A model generated the notes under the pieces. The model searched no databases and had not been told where the DNA came from. It saw only the letters and a list, made by a program, of their open reading frames with translations. DNA of 64,000 bases from Alphaproteobacteria bacterium. Its GTDB lineage: Bacteria; Pseudomonadota; Alphaproteobacteria; JAPOUT01; G958296285. The position numbers and the translations under genes are program-made. This document shows, piece by piece, positions 36,325 to 45,482 of this stretch; position 1 is the first letter of the stretch; every line of letters begins with the position of its first letter. The stretch lies in NCBI GenBank assembly GCA_965209065.1, contig OZ242373.1:320567-384566 (forward strand), written 5' to 3'.

Positions 36325-37667
36325 CAGTTTCTTCCTCTATTTTCTAATATAGCAACAATATCTTGCGCGCGCAAGCGGCTAATTTTATTTTGTGGAGGAA
36401 TTCGCCTCAACGCGCGCTTGGCATGGCGCAAAGCGGCGAAGGCTTTGCCCTCAGTGAGGAGCGCCTCTGCGGTTGCGAGCTCGGCAAGCCCGATGTTGCC
36501 CAAAACGCCGAACCCTCGCGCCATCGGGCGATAGGTTGAAAGCGCCAGCTCACTATTTTGCGCGGCTATTTTTAGATGTTTTATCCCTTGCTTAACAAAG
36601 GCTCGCTTGTTGGAGCTCACGAGCACAGAGCCAATTTCCAATCGCATAATCAGGTTATGGGGCGCGAGGGCGATGGCTTTTTTATAACTTTCAATCGCAG
36701 CATCGTAATTAGCGCCGCGGCTTAACACATAGCCTTTGAGTTCGTGAAAATAGGGGTTACTTTTTTGGTCTGCGATAAGGCTGTTAATCAAAGCGAGGCT
36801 TTTTTCTCTATCCGCGAGGTGATAGGCGAACATAATCGCGCGGGCATAACGCGCGGGCATGGAGTTGTCGGCGTAAGTATGGAGGGTTGTATTGGGTGGC
36901 ATCACGAACCCGTGCAGTTTCGCCAGCACCATTTTATGCGCGAGAGATAATTGTGGTGCAGAGCGAGCCTTATAATTTTTCGCTTGCCTCACGCGCTGGT
37001 TTAAAAAGCGCAGGCGGTCGGCGGAGAGGGGGTGCGTGCGCAAATAGGGGTTCGGCGCGGTGCGCGCGGCAGAGGCGTAGGCTTGCTCGCGCGGCAAGAA
37101 CTCTCGCTTGAAAAAAGACACAAGCCCCTTGCCCGAAACCTGCGCCTTGTCTAAATAAGAAAGGGCTGCTTGGTCGGCGCTTGCTTCTGCGGTGCGGGTT
37201 TCTCCTAAAGCCGAATAAGCGCCAACCGAAGAGCCGCCGGCTAAAATCAAAACGCCCAAGGGAGCAAGCCCGGCGATAATCGCGCCGAGTCCAATAATTT
37301 GAGTGGCAAGCAAGGTCCAGCCGGCTCTTTGTCTCTGCTCCACCAGCGAAGGAATATGTCCGGCGGCGATGTGCGCAATTTCGTGCGCAATCACCGCTTG
37401 TAATTCTTCGGGATTTTTTGTCTTTAGCACCAAACCCGAAAACAAAATAATACGACCGGGAGAAGCCAAAGCGTTAATCTGGTTGGTAGATTCTAAATAG
37501 ATAGTAATGTTTCGCGGCTTTAATCCGGCGGCGACAATTAACGGGTCGGCATATTGTCTAAACAAGTCGGTTGTTTCTGCGTCTAGCAGAATGCGTCCGC
37601 GCGCAAAAGCAGAAAGAGGGGTCAAAACTAACGTAATACATAAAAATAAAACGAAAGTTCTCATCAT
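36324..37667 (-). CDS. M48-family metalloprotease with a C-terminal TPR domain (BepA-like)
   Basis: Signal peptide, HEIAHIAAGH (HExxH), and helical repeats in the C-terminal half. Confidence 0.75.
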   Translation of the reverse strand: MMRTFVLFLCITLVLTPLSAFARGRILLDAETTDLFRQYADPLIVAAGLKPRNITIYLESTNQINALASPGRIILFSGLVLKTKNPEELQAVIAHEIAHIAAGHIPSLVEQRQRAGWTLLATQIIGLGAIIAGLAPLGVLILAGGSSVGAYSALGETRTAEASADQAALSYLDKAQVSGKGLVSFFKREFLPREQAYASAARTAPNPYLRTHPLSADRLRFLNQRVRQAKNYKARSAPQLSLAHKMVLAKLHGFVMPPNTTLHTYADNSMPARYARAIMFAYHLADREKSLALINSLIADQKSNPYFHELKGYVLSRGANYDAAIESYKKAIALAPHNLIMRLEIGSVLVSSNKRAFVKQGIKHLKIAAQNSELALSTYRPMARGFGVLGNIGLAELATAEALLTEGKAFAALRHAKRALRRIPPQNKISRLRAQDIVAILENRGRN

Positions 37668-39766
37668 TTTTTACCTAAAAGCCTTTTAAGGAAAGAAGGC
37701 TTATTCTCAGCTGAAGCAGGCGGTTTATTTCTATTCTTTGCCGCTGACTTGTTTTGATGTTTATAGCGCTTTTGTCTTCCCTGTCCCTGTCCTTGTTCTC
37801 GTTCTCGTCCCTGTTCTCGTCCCTGTCCCTGTTCTCGTCCCCGTCCGTGCCGTTGGTTCTTATGCCTTTGTCTTTTATTTTGTGGCTGGTTTTGTGCCCT
37901 GTCTTGTGGTGCGGTATAGGCTTCGGGGTCAGGGGGGGTCATCTGGGTGTAAGCGGTCTCCATATTGACGGCATTTTCGCTATCCTTGTTTTCGCTATTA
38001 CTCGTGCGGGCGAGCTTTCTCGTTTCCAAAGTCCAAGGCTTATTGGGATTATTCGTGCCGCCCGCCTCGATGCGTAGCCTGATGCCTTGCTCTTTTTCTA
38101 TACGCAAGAGTTCGTCCTTGCGCTCGTTGAGAAGGTAAAGCACCACCGGCCAGTTAAGGCGCAAAATGGTTTCTCGATTTTTACCCGCTTTATTAGCGAA
38201 AGCAATTCCCTCGCGTAAAGCGCGCAGAGCGATGGTCTGCGCCGTTAGCGTTTGCCCGCTGCCGTCGCATTCGGGGCATGGCTCGGTGCGCCTCTCGGAT
38301 ATTTCGGGGCTGAGCCTCTGGCGCGACATCTCCAGCAAGCCGAAGCTAGAGCTAATGCGGCCGGTTTGAACTTTCGCTCGGTCGGCGCGGACGGCATCGC
38401 GCATGCGCCGCTCAACCGCACGGATATTGCCAGAGCTTTCCATATCAATAAAATCGACAACAATCAGCCCACCCAAATCGCGTAGCTTGGCTTGACGCGC
38501 AATTTCATCGGCAGCCTCTAGGTTAGTCTTGAAAGCCGTGTCCTCTATATTATGCTCGCTGGTTGCCTTGCCCGAATTGACATCAATCGCAACGAGTGCT
38601 TCGGTTGGATTAATCACAATATAGCCGCCTGACTTTAGCTGCACCGTCGGTTGCAACATCTGGTCGAGCAGAGCCTCCACGCCGTGAAAATCGAAAATTG
38701 GCTTCGCTTCCTTATATTCCTTTAACAGACAAAGCTCGGCGGGCATCAGCTGCTCCATATATTGCTTCGCCTTTTGATAGGCAGCCGCGCCCTCCACCTG
38801 AATTTCGCCCACATCCTTCTTAACGAAATCGCGTAGCGAGCGTTGAACGAGATTGCCCTCTTCATAAATCAGCGCAGGCGCTTTTGATTCTAAAGTGAGT
38901 TCGCGAATGCTCTCCCATAAGCGCATTAGATATTCAAAATCACGTTCCAAATCGCCTTTGGGCTGGTTCGCACCTGCCGTGCGCACAATCAGGCTCATTC
39001 CTTGTGGCGCTTTAAGGTCATCTATAATAGAGCGAATTTTATTGCGAATGTCAGAAGGCACTTTACGCGAAATACCACCCGCGCTTTCGCTATTGGGCAT
39101 TAGCACACAATAGCGTCCGGCTAAAGAAAGAAAGGTCGTTAGTGCGGCACCTTTATTGCCGCGCTCCTCCTTTACAATCTGCACGAGCAAAACCTGACCG
39201 CGCTTGATAACTTCTTGAATGTTATACTTCTTGTAGATATTATTTTGGCGCGGAGCATCCTCCTGAGGAAAGTCTTCTTGAGGCGTGTCTTCGGAAGTGA
39301 TGGTCTCAACATTATTACTGGTATCGTTTTTGGTAGGCGGGGCGGGGGGATTATCTTGTTTATTTAGATTATAGAAATCGCTATCGCCTTGCTGTTCGGG
39401 CATCAAGTCTTCAAGGCGATGCGCCGCCCCATTACCTGCCGCTCCATTACCTGCTTCAACACTTGTCTCAACACCTGTGGTGGCATTTGAGAAATCCTCA
39501 TCTGGCGTTTCATCTCGGTCGGCAGTCGGTATCTGGAAGTAGTCAGGGTGAATTTCGGGAAAAGCAAGAAAGCCATGCCGATTACCCCCATACTCAATGA
39601 AAGCAGCTTGAAGAGAAGGCTCTACGCGCGTAACGCTCGCGAGATAAATGTTTCCCTTAATTTCATTTTGCGTTTCAGTTTCAAAAGCCTCTATCTTCTG
39701 CCCTTGCAGAACGACAAGGCGTGTTTCCTCTTTGACGGAGGCGTCTATAAGAAGTTTTTTGGTCAT
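37664..39766 (-). CDS. rne: ribonuclease E
   Basis: S1/5'-sensor/DNase I-like catalytic N-terminal domain (MTKKLLIDAS...GNIYLASVTRVEPSLQAAFIEYGG) and a Zn-link CPxCxGxG. The C-terminal scaffold is low-complexity with RGREQGQG repeats. ATG taken at MTKK. Confidence 0.9.
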   Translation of the reverse strand: MTKKLLIDASVKEETRLVVLQGQKIEAFETETQNEIKGNIYLASVTRVEPSLQAAFIEYGGNRHGFLAFPEIHPDYFQIPTADRDETPDEDFSNATTGVETSVEAGNGAAGNGAAHRLEDLMPEQQGDSDFYNLNKQDNPPAPPTKNDTSNNVETITSEDTPQEDFPQEDAPRQNNIYKKYNIQEVIKRGQVLLVQIVKEERGNKGAALTTFLSLAGRYCVLMPNSESAGGISRKVPSDIRNKIRSIIDDLKAPQGMSLIVRTAGANQPKGDLERDFEYLMRLWESIRELTLESKAPALIYEEGNLVQRSLRDFVKKDVGEIQVEGAAAYQKAKQYMEQLMPAELCLLKEYKEAKPIFDFHGVEALLDQMLQPTVQLKSGGYIVINPTEALVAIDVNSGKATSEHNIEDTAFKTNLEAADEIARQAKLRDLGGLIVVDFIDMESSGNIRAVERRMRDAVRADRAKVQTGRISSSFGLLEMSRQRLSPEISERRTEPCPECDGSGQTLTAQTIALRALREGIAFANKAGKNRETILRLNWPVVLYLLNERKDELLRIEKEQGIRLRIEAGGTNNPNKPWTLETRKLARTSNSENKDSENAVNMETAYTQMTPPDPEAYTAPQDRAQNQPQNKRQRHKNQRHGRGREQGQGREQGREREQGQGQGRQKRYKHQNKSAAKNRNKPPASAENKPSFLKRLLGKK
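37760..37870. repeat. short tandem repeats (tccctg / ttctcg units) encoding the Arg/Gly/Gln/Glu repeat tail of RNase E
   Basis: Seen directly: gtccctgtccttgttctcgttctcgtccctgttctcgtccctgtccctgttctcgtcc. Confidence 0.6.
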
Positions 39767-40103
39767 TGTGAACCCCATTGGTATTGTGTTGCGGGGACTG
39801 GCACACGCACGGGAACTCTCCCGAGAATTCTTGTTGTGTTTTCTTTTGCCACCTAGACTCTAAGAAAAGAGGCACTAAAAAAATTGAACGAATAGAAAAT
39901 TCCTGTTGCATTGATGCTATCCCTGCAAATTTGTTTCAATCAGACGATGCTCTCACCATAGCGCACGGCGGGAGAGAAAGCAAGCGCAAAAATGAAAAAG
40001 GCAGTTTTTAGCCTTCTTTGCCTGCTTTATGGGAGAAGCGGGGCGCGTCAAGGAATCATTAACCACTTTATGCTTTGATAGAAATGCTTTGTTTGGAGTT
40101 CTT
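39767..40103 (-). promoter_or_regulatory. long untranslated region between divergent rne and amiC; probable rne promoter and structured 5' leader
   Basis: There is about 340 nt without a credible ORF upstream of rne. A long autoregulatory rne leader is established in E. coli, but conservation here is unverified. Confidence 0.35.
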
Positions 40104-41336
40104 ATGCTAACAAAAATTTTATTATTGTTTATTTCTTTATTTGTATCGGGATTTTTATCGGTGCCCGCCTTATCGCAAGAGCGGCAGTTGTCTTTGCATA
40201 TTGTAGAGAAAAAAGAGGAGGCGTGGGTGTTGCGCTTGCACGTTCCTTATATGACGAACTACGGCGTGTTTTTGTTAGAGAAGCCTCAAAGGCTGGTGAT
40301 AGATATTTTAGACCCGAAATTAAAACCGATAGGCTGTCGTATTAAGATGGTGGCGATAAAGCGTTGCCGTATGGGTAGGCTCGACGGCAGACGCGCGCGC
40401 TTCGTGTTGGATTTGAAAAGAAAAATTCATTTGGAAAACGCACAGCTCACGCGCGATAAGCGCAAGCACTATTTAGAGGTGCGCTTTTCTATGAAAAACG
40501 CCAAGCAAGCAGCTGAAACGGAATTTGTCCAAGCCATCAAGCCGATAGAGCCAAAGGGTAAAAAGAATGGGAAGTTTATTATTGTTATTGACGCCGGCCA
40601 TGGCGGCGCGCGTGACACAGGCTCTAGCTACGGCGGTATGGATGAAAAAGATATAACCTTAAAATATGCGAAAGAGCTACGCGCGGCTTTGGTAAAAGAA
40701 AAAAATATAGAAGTGCGTATGACGCGCACCAAAGATGACACGATGCTCTTAAAGAAACGTTTGATGCTTGTGCGCGAGCGTCATGCGGATATGCTCATTT
40801 CGCTCCACGCCGACTGGAACGCTGACCCGAAAGTTAAAGGGATTGCCGTCTATTCGCAATCCAAATACGCGAGCGATAAGTATATGCAACGCTTCTTACA
40901 AAATGAGCGACCCCAAATCATTCAAGGCGGAGACTGGAAGAAAGCCATGCCAAGCGCTTATGGCATTTTGTTTGACATCACCCAGCGCGACACCTTAAAC
41001 AAATCTATTGTGCTTAGTCGCGCTTTGCTTGAAGAGATGAGGCTCTATTCGCCGGTGCTTGACCAGCCGCACCGCTTTGCCGACTTCCACCTGCTGTCCG
41101 CACCCGACCTGCCCGCGGTGCTTATTGAGATGGGCTTCTTGTCGAACAGGGGGGACAGAAAAAAATTAACGTCTAAAAAATGGCGGCGCGGGCTCTCGCG
41201 GCGCATTGTCAGGGCGGTTAAAACCTACCGCATCCGCTTGCAGCAAGTAGAAAAGGTCAATTATCAAAAAAAGAATGGCAAAAAGAGTGACAAAACGCAA
41301 AAACAAGCTTATAATAGCCTAAACCCAAAACAATAG
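40104..41336 (+). CDS. amiC: N-acetylmuramoyl-L-alanine amidase (AmiC-like, Amidase_3)
   Basis: Signal peptide MLTKILLLFISLF. IIVIDAGHGG...DMLISLHAD is the Amidase_3 signature. GGAG RBS before the ATG at 40104. Confidence 0.85.
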   Translation: MLTKILLLFISLFVSGFLSVPALSQERQLSLHIVEKKEEAWVLRLHVPYMTNYGVFLLEKPQRLVIDILDPKLKPIGCRIKMVAIKRCRMGRLDGRRARFVLDLKRKIHLENAQLTRDKRKHYLEVRFSMKNAKQAAETEFVQAIKPIEPKGKKNGKFIIVIDAGHGGARDTGSSYGGMDEKDITLKYAKELRAALVKEKNIEVRMTRTKDDTMLLKKRLMLVRERHADMLISLHADWNADPKVKGIAVYSQSKYASDKYMQRFLQNERPQIIQGGDWKKAMPSAYGILFDITQRDTLNKSIVLSRALLEEMRLYSPVLDQPHRFADFHLLSAPDLPAVLIEMGFLSNRGDRKKLTSKKWRRGLSRRIVRAVKTYRIRLQQVEKVNYQKKNGKKSDKTQKQAYNSLNPKQ

Positions 41337-41393
41337 GAGTCTTTCGAGTTTTAGAACTTCGCTCGGCTAATAAACGTGTTGAGATTAGAAAAA

Positions 41394-43916
41394 ATGAATA
41401 GATTTTTTTGGCGCTTGCGCTATCAGCCACGACAAACGATGTTGTCTATTTTAGGTGTGTTCGGTATGTTCGGCACGGTTTTTGGATTGCTCGCGGGGTT
41501 AGCCCTTTTGGGAATCGTCTGGCGAATGAATACCGACCTGCCGAGCTACGAACATCTCGCGAATTATCAGCCTTCGGTGATGACTCGCATTTACGCTTCT
41601 GACGGCACGCTGCTCGGCGAGTATGCGAAAGAGCAGAGATTGTTCGTGCCTTATCAAGAAGTCCCGCCGCAGCTTATCAACGCGCTGGTTTCCGCTGAGG
41701 ATAAATCCTATTGGACGCACCCCGGCATTGATGTGCAAGGCATCGCGCGCGCCGCCGTGATGAATGTCCCGCGCGCTTTCAAGGGGCAGAGACTCGCCGG
41801 CGGCTCGACGATTACACAGCAGGTCGCGCGTAATTTTCTCCTAACGCAAAAAGTCAAGCTGGAGCGCAAAATCAAAGAGGCACTCCTCGCTTTACGTATC
41901 GAGCGCGTCTTGTCTAAAGAAAAAATAATGGAGCTTTATGTTAATCAAATTTATCTAGGGCTTGCGACCTATGGCGTTGCGGCGGCGGCTTTGCGCTATT
42001 TCGGCAAGGCGCTGAATGAATTGACGCTCGCGGAGATGGCTTATATCGCCGCCTTGCCTAAAGGACCGAACAACTACCACCCGGTCTATAGAAAAGAAGA
42101 GGCTATCGCTAGACGCAACTGGGTGCTCGGTAGAATGCACGAAGAAGGATATATTAACGACGAACAACGCCGTGTTGCTGTCGCGCAAAACATTTACCCG
42201 CCGTCGCCGAAAAAAACGACAGATAAACGCTGGTCTTACTTCACCGAAGATGTGCGCCGCTCGCTTAAAAAGCTTTTCGGCGACAAGCCTCTTTACAGCG
42301 GCGGGCTAACCGTGCGCGCCACGTTAGACACGCAAATGCAACGCGCCGCTTATAACGCCTTGCGTAACGGCTTGTCCGCTTACGACAGAAGACACGGCTT
42401 TAGAGGTCCGATTAGAAAATTACCGCCGGCATCACACTGGCCGACAATTCTATCTAAAATGAATCCGCCGATTGATATTGACCCATGGCGTTTAGCGGTT
42501 GTTTTACAAGTCAGCAAGAAAGGCGTCAAAATTGGTTTGCGACCCTCTAGAGGAAAAAAACCTAAGGGGCTAGGCAGTTTGCTAAAAACGCAAGTCGGTT
42601 TTATTCCGCTAAGCGAAATGAAATGGGCGCGCGAGCAATATGCCGATAATAGCTTAGGTCCGCGTGTGCGCCACCCCAAACAAGTTTTAGAAAAAGGCGA
42701 TATCATTTATGTCGAGCCTTTGCTAAATCGTCCCAAGTCTATCAAGCCGAGTGAGCTAAAAGGCGTTAGCTTGTATAGCTTGCGTCAATTACCTCAAGTG
42801 AATGGTGGCATCGCGGTGCTAGACCCGCACACCGGCAAGGTGCTGGCGATGACCGGCGGCTTTAGCTTCGCGATGAGCGAGTTTAATCGCACCACGCAGG
42901 CGTGGCGTCAGCCGGGCTCGGCGATTAAGCCTTTTGTTTATGCCGCCGCTTTGGATAGCGGCTTCACGCCGGTGTCTAAAGTGATGGACGCGCCCTTCGT
43001 GGGAGCAAGAGGCGAAAACTTCTTGTGGAAGCCCGAAAACTATAGCGATAGTTTTGGCGGACCGACCTTGCTACGCAAAGGGCTGGAGCTTTCGCGCAAC
43101 TTGATGACCGTCCATCTCACCAACGAGATAGGGCTCGGCAAGGTGATGGACTACACCAAACGCTTCGGCGTGGCTACCGATATTCGCCCTGAACTTTCGC
43201 TCGCACTCGGCGCGGAGGAGACGACCCTGCTAAGACTCACTGCCGCTTACGCTATGTTCGCCAATGGCGGCAGGCATATCAAACCCTATGCCATAGAGAG
43301 AATCCAAAATAGATTAGGACACACAATCTATCGCCACGATAAACGGCAGTGCAGAGGGTGCGTGGTTCAAGACGGATGGCGCGGAGAAGACTCACCTGAG
43401 TTGTCTGATACGCGTTCGCAAGTTATTTCGCAACAAACCATTTATCAAATTATTTCTATGCTACAAGGCGTTGTTAGACGCGGCACGGGTGTGCTTGCGC
43501 GTGTGCGCGGCATTACTATCGCTGGTAAAACCGGCACCACCAATAAAGAGCGTGACGCTTGGTTTGTCGGCTTTTCGCCTGATTTGGTTGTTGGGGTTTA
43601 TGTCGGCTTTGATAGCCCTCAGCCGATGGGAAAAAAAGAAACCGGCGGAAAAGTTGCCGCACCTATCTTTAGAGACTTTATGCAACAAGTGAAACCCATG
43701 CTCGGTAAGGCGAAGCCCTTTCCCACGCCGCCGGGCATTACGCTCGTGCGCATTAACAGAGAAACCGGCAAACCCGCAAGCAATAAGGATAAAGACACGA
43801 TATGGGAAGCTTTCAAAACAGGCACGGAGCCGGGCAATAGGAATCAAAGAATTGGCAGACAAGACCCCATTAGCGATGAACGCGATGACTTTAGCGGCAC
43901 AGGAGGGCTTTATTAA
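41394..43916 (+). CDS. mrcA: penicillin-binding protein 1A (bifunctional glycosyltransferase/transpeptidase)
   Basis: GT51 motifs (EDKSYWTHPGID, GGSTITQQ) and a transpeptidase SxxK/KTGT (ITIAGKTGTT). Confidence 0.9.
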   Translation: MNRFFWRLRYQPRQTMLSILGVFGMFGTVFGLLAGLALLGIVWRMNTDLPSYEHLANYQPSVMTRIYASDGTLLGEYAKEQRLFVPYQEVPPQLINALVSAEDKSYWTHPGIDVQGIARAAVMNVPRAFKGQRLAGGSTITQQVARNFLLTQKVKLERKIKEALLALRIERVLSKEKIMELYVNQIYLGLATYGVAAAALRYFGKALNELTLAEMAYIAALPKGPNNYHPVYRKEEAIARRNWVLGRMHEEGYINDEQRRVAVAQNIYPPSPKKTTDKRWSYFTEDVRRSLKKLFGDKPLYSGGLTVRATLDTQMQRAAYNALRNGLSAYDRRHGFRGPIRKLPPASHWPTILSKMNPPIDIDPWRLAVVLQVSKKGVKIGLRPSRGKKPKGLGSLLKTQVGFIPLSEMKWAREQYADNSLGPRVRHPKQVLEKGDIIYVEPLLNRPKSIKPSELKGVSLYSLRQLPQVNGGIAVLDPHTGKVLAMTGGFSFAMSEFNRTTQAWRQPGSAIKPFVYAAALDSGFTPVSKVMDAPFVGARGENFLWKPENYSDSFGGPTLLRKGLELSRNLMTVHLTNEIGLGKVMDYTKRFGVATDIRPELSLALGAEETTLLRLTAAYAMFANGGRHIKPYAIERIQNRLGHTIYRHDKRQCRGCVVQDGWRGEDSPELSDTRSQVISQQTIYQIISMLQGVVRRGTGVLARVRGITIAGKTGTTNKERDAWFVGFSPDLVVGVYVGFDSPQPMGKKETGGKVAAPIFRDFMQQVKPMLGKAKPFPTPPGITLVRINRETGKPASNKDKDTIWEAFKTGTEPGNRNQRIGRQDPISDERDDFSGTGGLY

Positions 43917-45024
43917 ATGGAGAATAAAACCGCAAATGAGCAGTTAGCAGAAATAAAAAGCATCGCCGCGATGCTTCGGGGGCGTCTTTGACGCCACGGG
44001 CATCGTTCATCAATTAGCAGAGCTAACGCAAGCAGCGCAAAAGCCAAATCTGTGGGACGACACGGAGCAAGCGAAGCAAGTTCTACAGCAGCAAGCAAAA
44101 TTAAAACAGCAGGTTGATGAAGTAAAAAATTTGGAGCAAGGCTTCCAAGATATTGCAGAGCTTTTAGCCCTCGCGCAAAGTGAAAAGGATTCCGCGCTAG
44201 AGCAAGAAAGTTTAACCGCGCTCCAAACGCTTTACGCGCAATCGCAAGAGCTAAAGTGGCAAGCCTATTTCACTAACCCTTTAGATGGCAATGATTGCTT
44301 TTTGGAAATTCACCCGGGCGCGGGCGGCACAGAAAGTCAAGATTGGGCTGAGATGTTGTTGCGTATGTATCACCGCTGGGCGCGCGCGCGCAACTACACC
44401 GTTGAAACAATAGAGGAAATGCCAGCCGAAGAAGCGGGCATAAAGTCAGCGACCATAAAAATTTGCGGCTTGTATGCTTATGGGTGGTTGAAGGCGGAGG
44501 CGGGGGTTCATCGGTTGGTGCGCATTTCGCCTTTTGATTCTAACCAGCGCCGCCACACAAGCTTTGCCAGCGTTGGCATTTATCCGGTGATTGACGATAA
44601 AATTGAAATTGAAATTGATGAAGCCGATGTTCGTGTTGATACGTATCGTGCGCGCGGTGCGGGCGGACAGCATGTCAATACGACCGATAGCGCGGTGCGC
44701 CTCACGCACCAGCCGAGCGGCATTGCGGTTCAATGTCAAAATGAACGCTCGCAGCATAAAAATCGTAGGACGGCTTGGAATATGTTGCGCGCGCGCCTCT
44801 ATGAACTAGAGCTGCTCCGCCGCCAAGACGAAAAGCAAGCCAGCCAAGCCGAACGCGGTGAAATAGGGTGGGGCAATCAAATTCGGTCTTATGTTTTACA
44901 GCCCTATCAGCTTGTGAAGGACTTGCGGACTCAAATCCAAAACGGCAACCCGCAAAAAGTGCTAGATGGAGAGCTAGACGAATTTCTCGCTGCCGCTTTA
45001 GCCCCCGCTAAACCCCGCGCTTAA
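43917..45024 (+). CDS. prfB: peptide chain release factor 2, made by a programmed +1 frameshift at about nt 43989
   Basis: Frame 0 (MENKTANEQLAEIKSIAAMLRGRL) hits an in-frame TGA. The +1 frame continues DATGIV... through GGQHVNTTDSAVRLTHQPSGI (GGQ motif) to 45024. Confidence 0.9.
43975..43992 (+). other. prfB autoregulatory frameshift site: internal SD-like GGGGG, then CTT TGA C
   Basis: cgggggcgtCTTTGAC matches the canonical RF2 frameshift cassette (SD-like - spacer - CUU UGA C). Confidence 0.85.
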
Positions 45025-45032
45025 CCTCGCAT

Positions 45033-45482
45033 TTAACGTAAAGAATTTACCCGCGCGGAGGAAGGATGAGCAAAAACATTGTCTTTCGTGTCGCCTTCGG
45101 CATTTTTTTCTTCGCTGATGTGCTGGCACGTGCCGTTGATAGAAGCGCCGGTCTCAATGGTGATGTGATGATGAAGGACATCACCTTCAATGCGGCTACC
45201 GCGCGACATATAAATTTCGTTCGTATGCACATTGCCGATAATCTCGCCATGGTGTTCTATCATTTCCGCTGTGATGTTGCCTTTGACGGATGCGTTCTTA
45301 TGAACTTTTAGTGTGCTTGCGTGAATATCGCCAATCACATCGCCATCCACTTGAACTTCGCCAGAAGAAATAATATCGCCACTGAATTGTGAATCCTCAC
45401 CGATAATTGTCGGGAGTCTATTTTTTTTATTGCGATGCTTCGAAAACATTTTTTCCTGCTTCGATGAATTTCCAAGGGTCAT
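45033..45482 (-). CDS. bactofilin family cytoskeletal protein
   Basis: Beta-helical repeat pattern GDIISSGEVQVDGDVIGDIHAS...VKGNITAE...IEGDV is typical of DUF583/bactofilin. Confidence 0.8.
   Translation of the reverse strand: MTLGNSSKQEKMFSKHRNKKNRLPTIIGEDSQFSGDIISSGEVQVDGDVIGDIHASTLKVHKNASVKGNITAEMIEHHGEIIGNVHTNEIYMSRGSRIEGDVLHHHITIETGASINGTCQHISEEKNAEGDTKDNVFAHPSSARVNSLR

Noticed and set aside
43913-44098. A minus-strand 61-aa ORF and the annotated 44131 start for RF2.
   Set aside because: Both are explained by the prfB programmed frameshift. The gene spans 43917-45024 on the plus strand.
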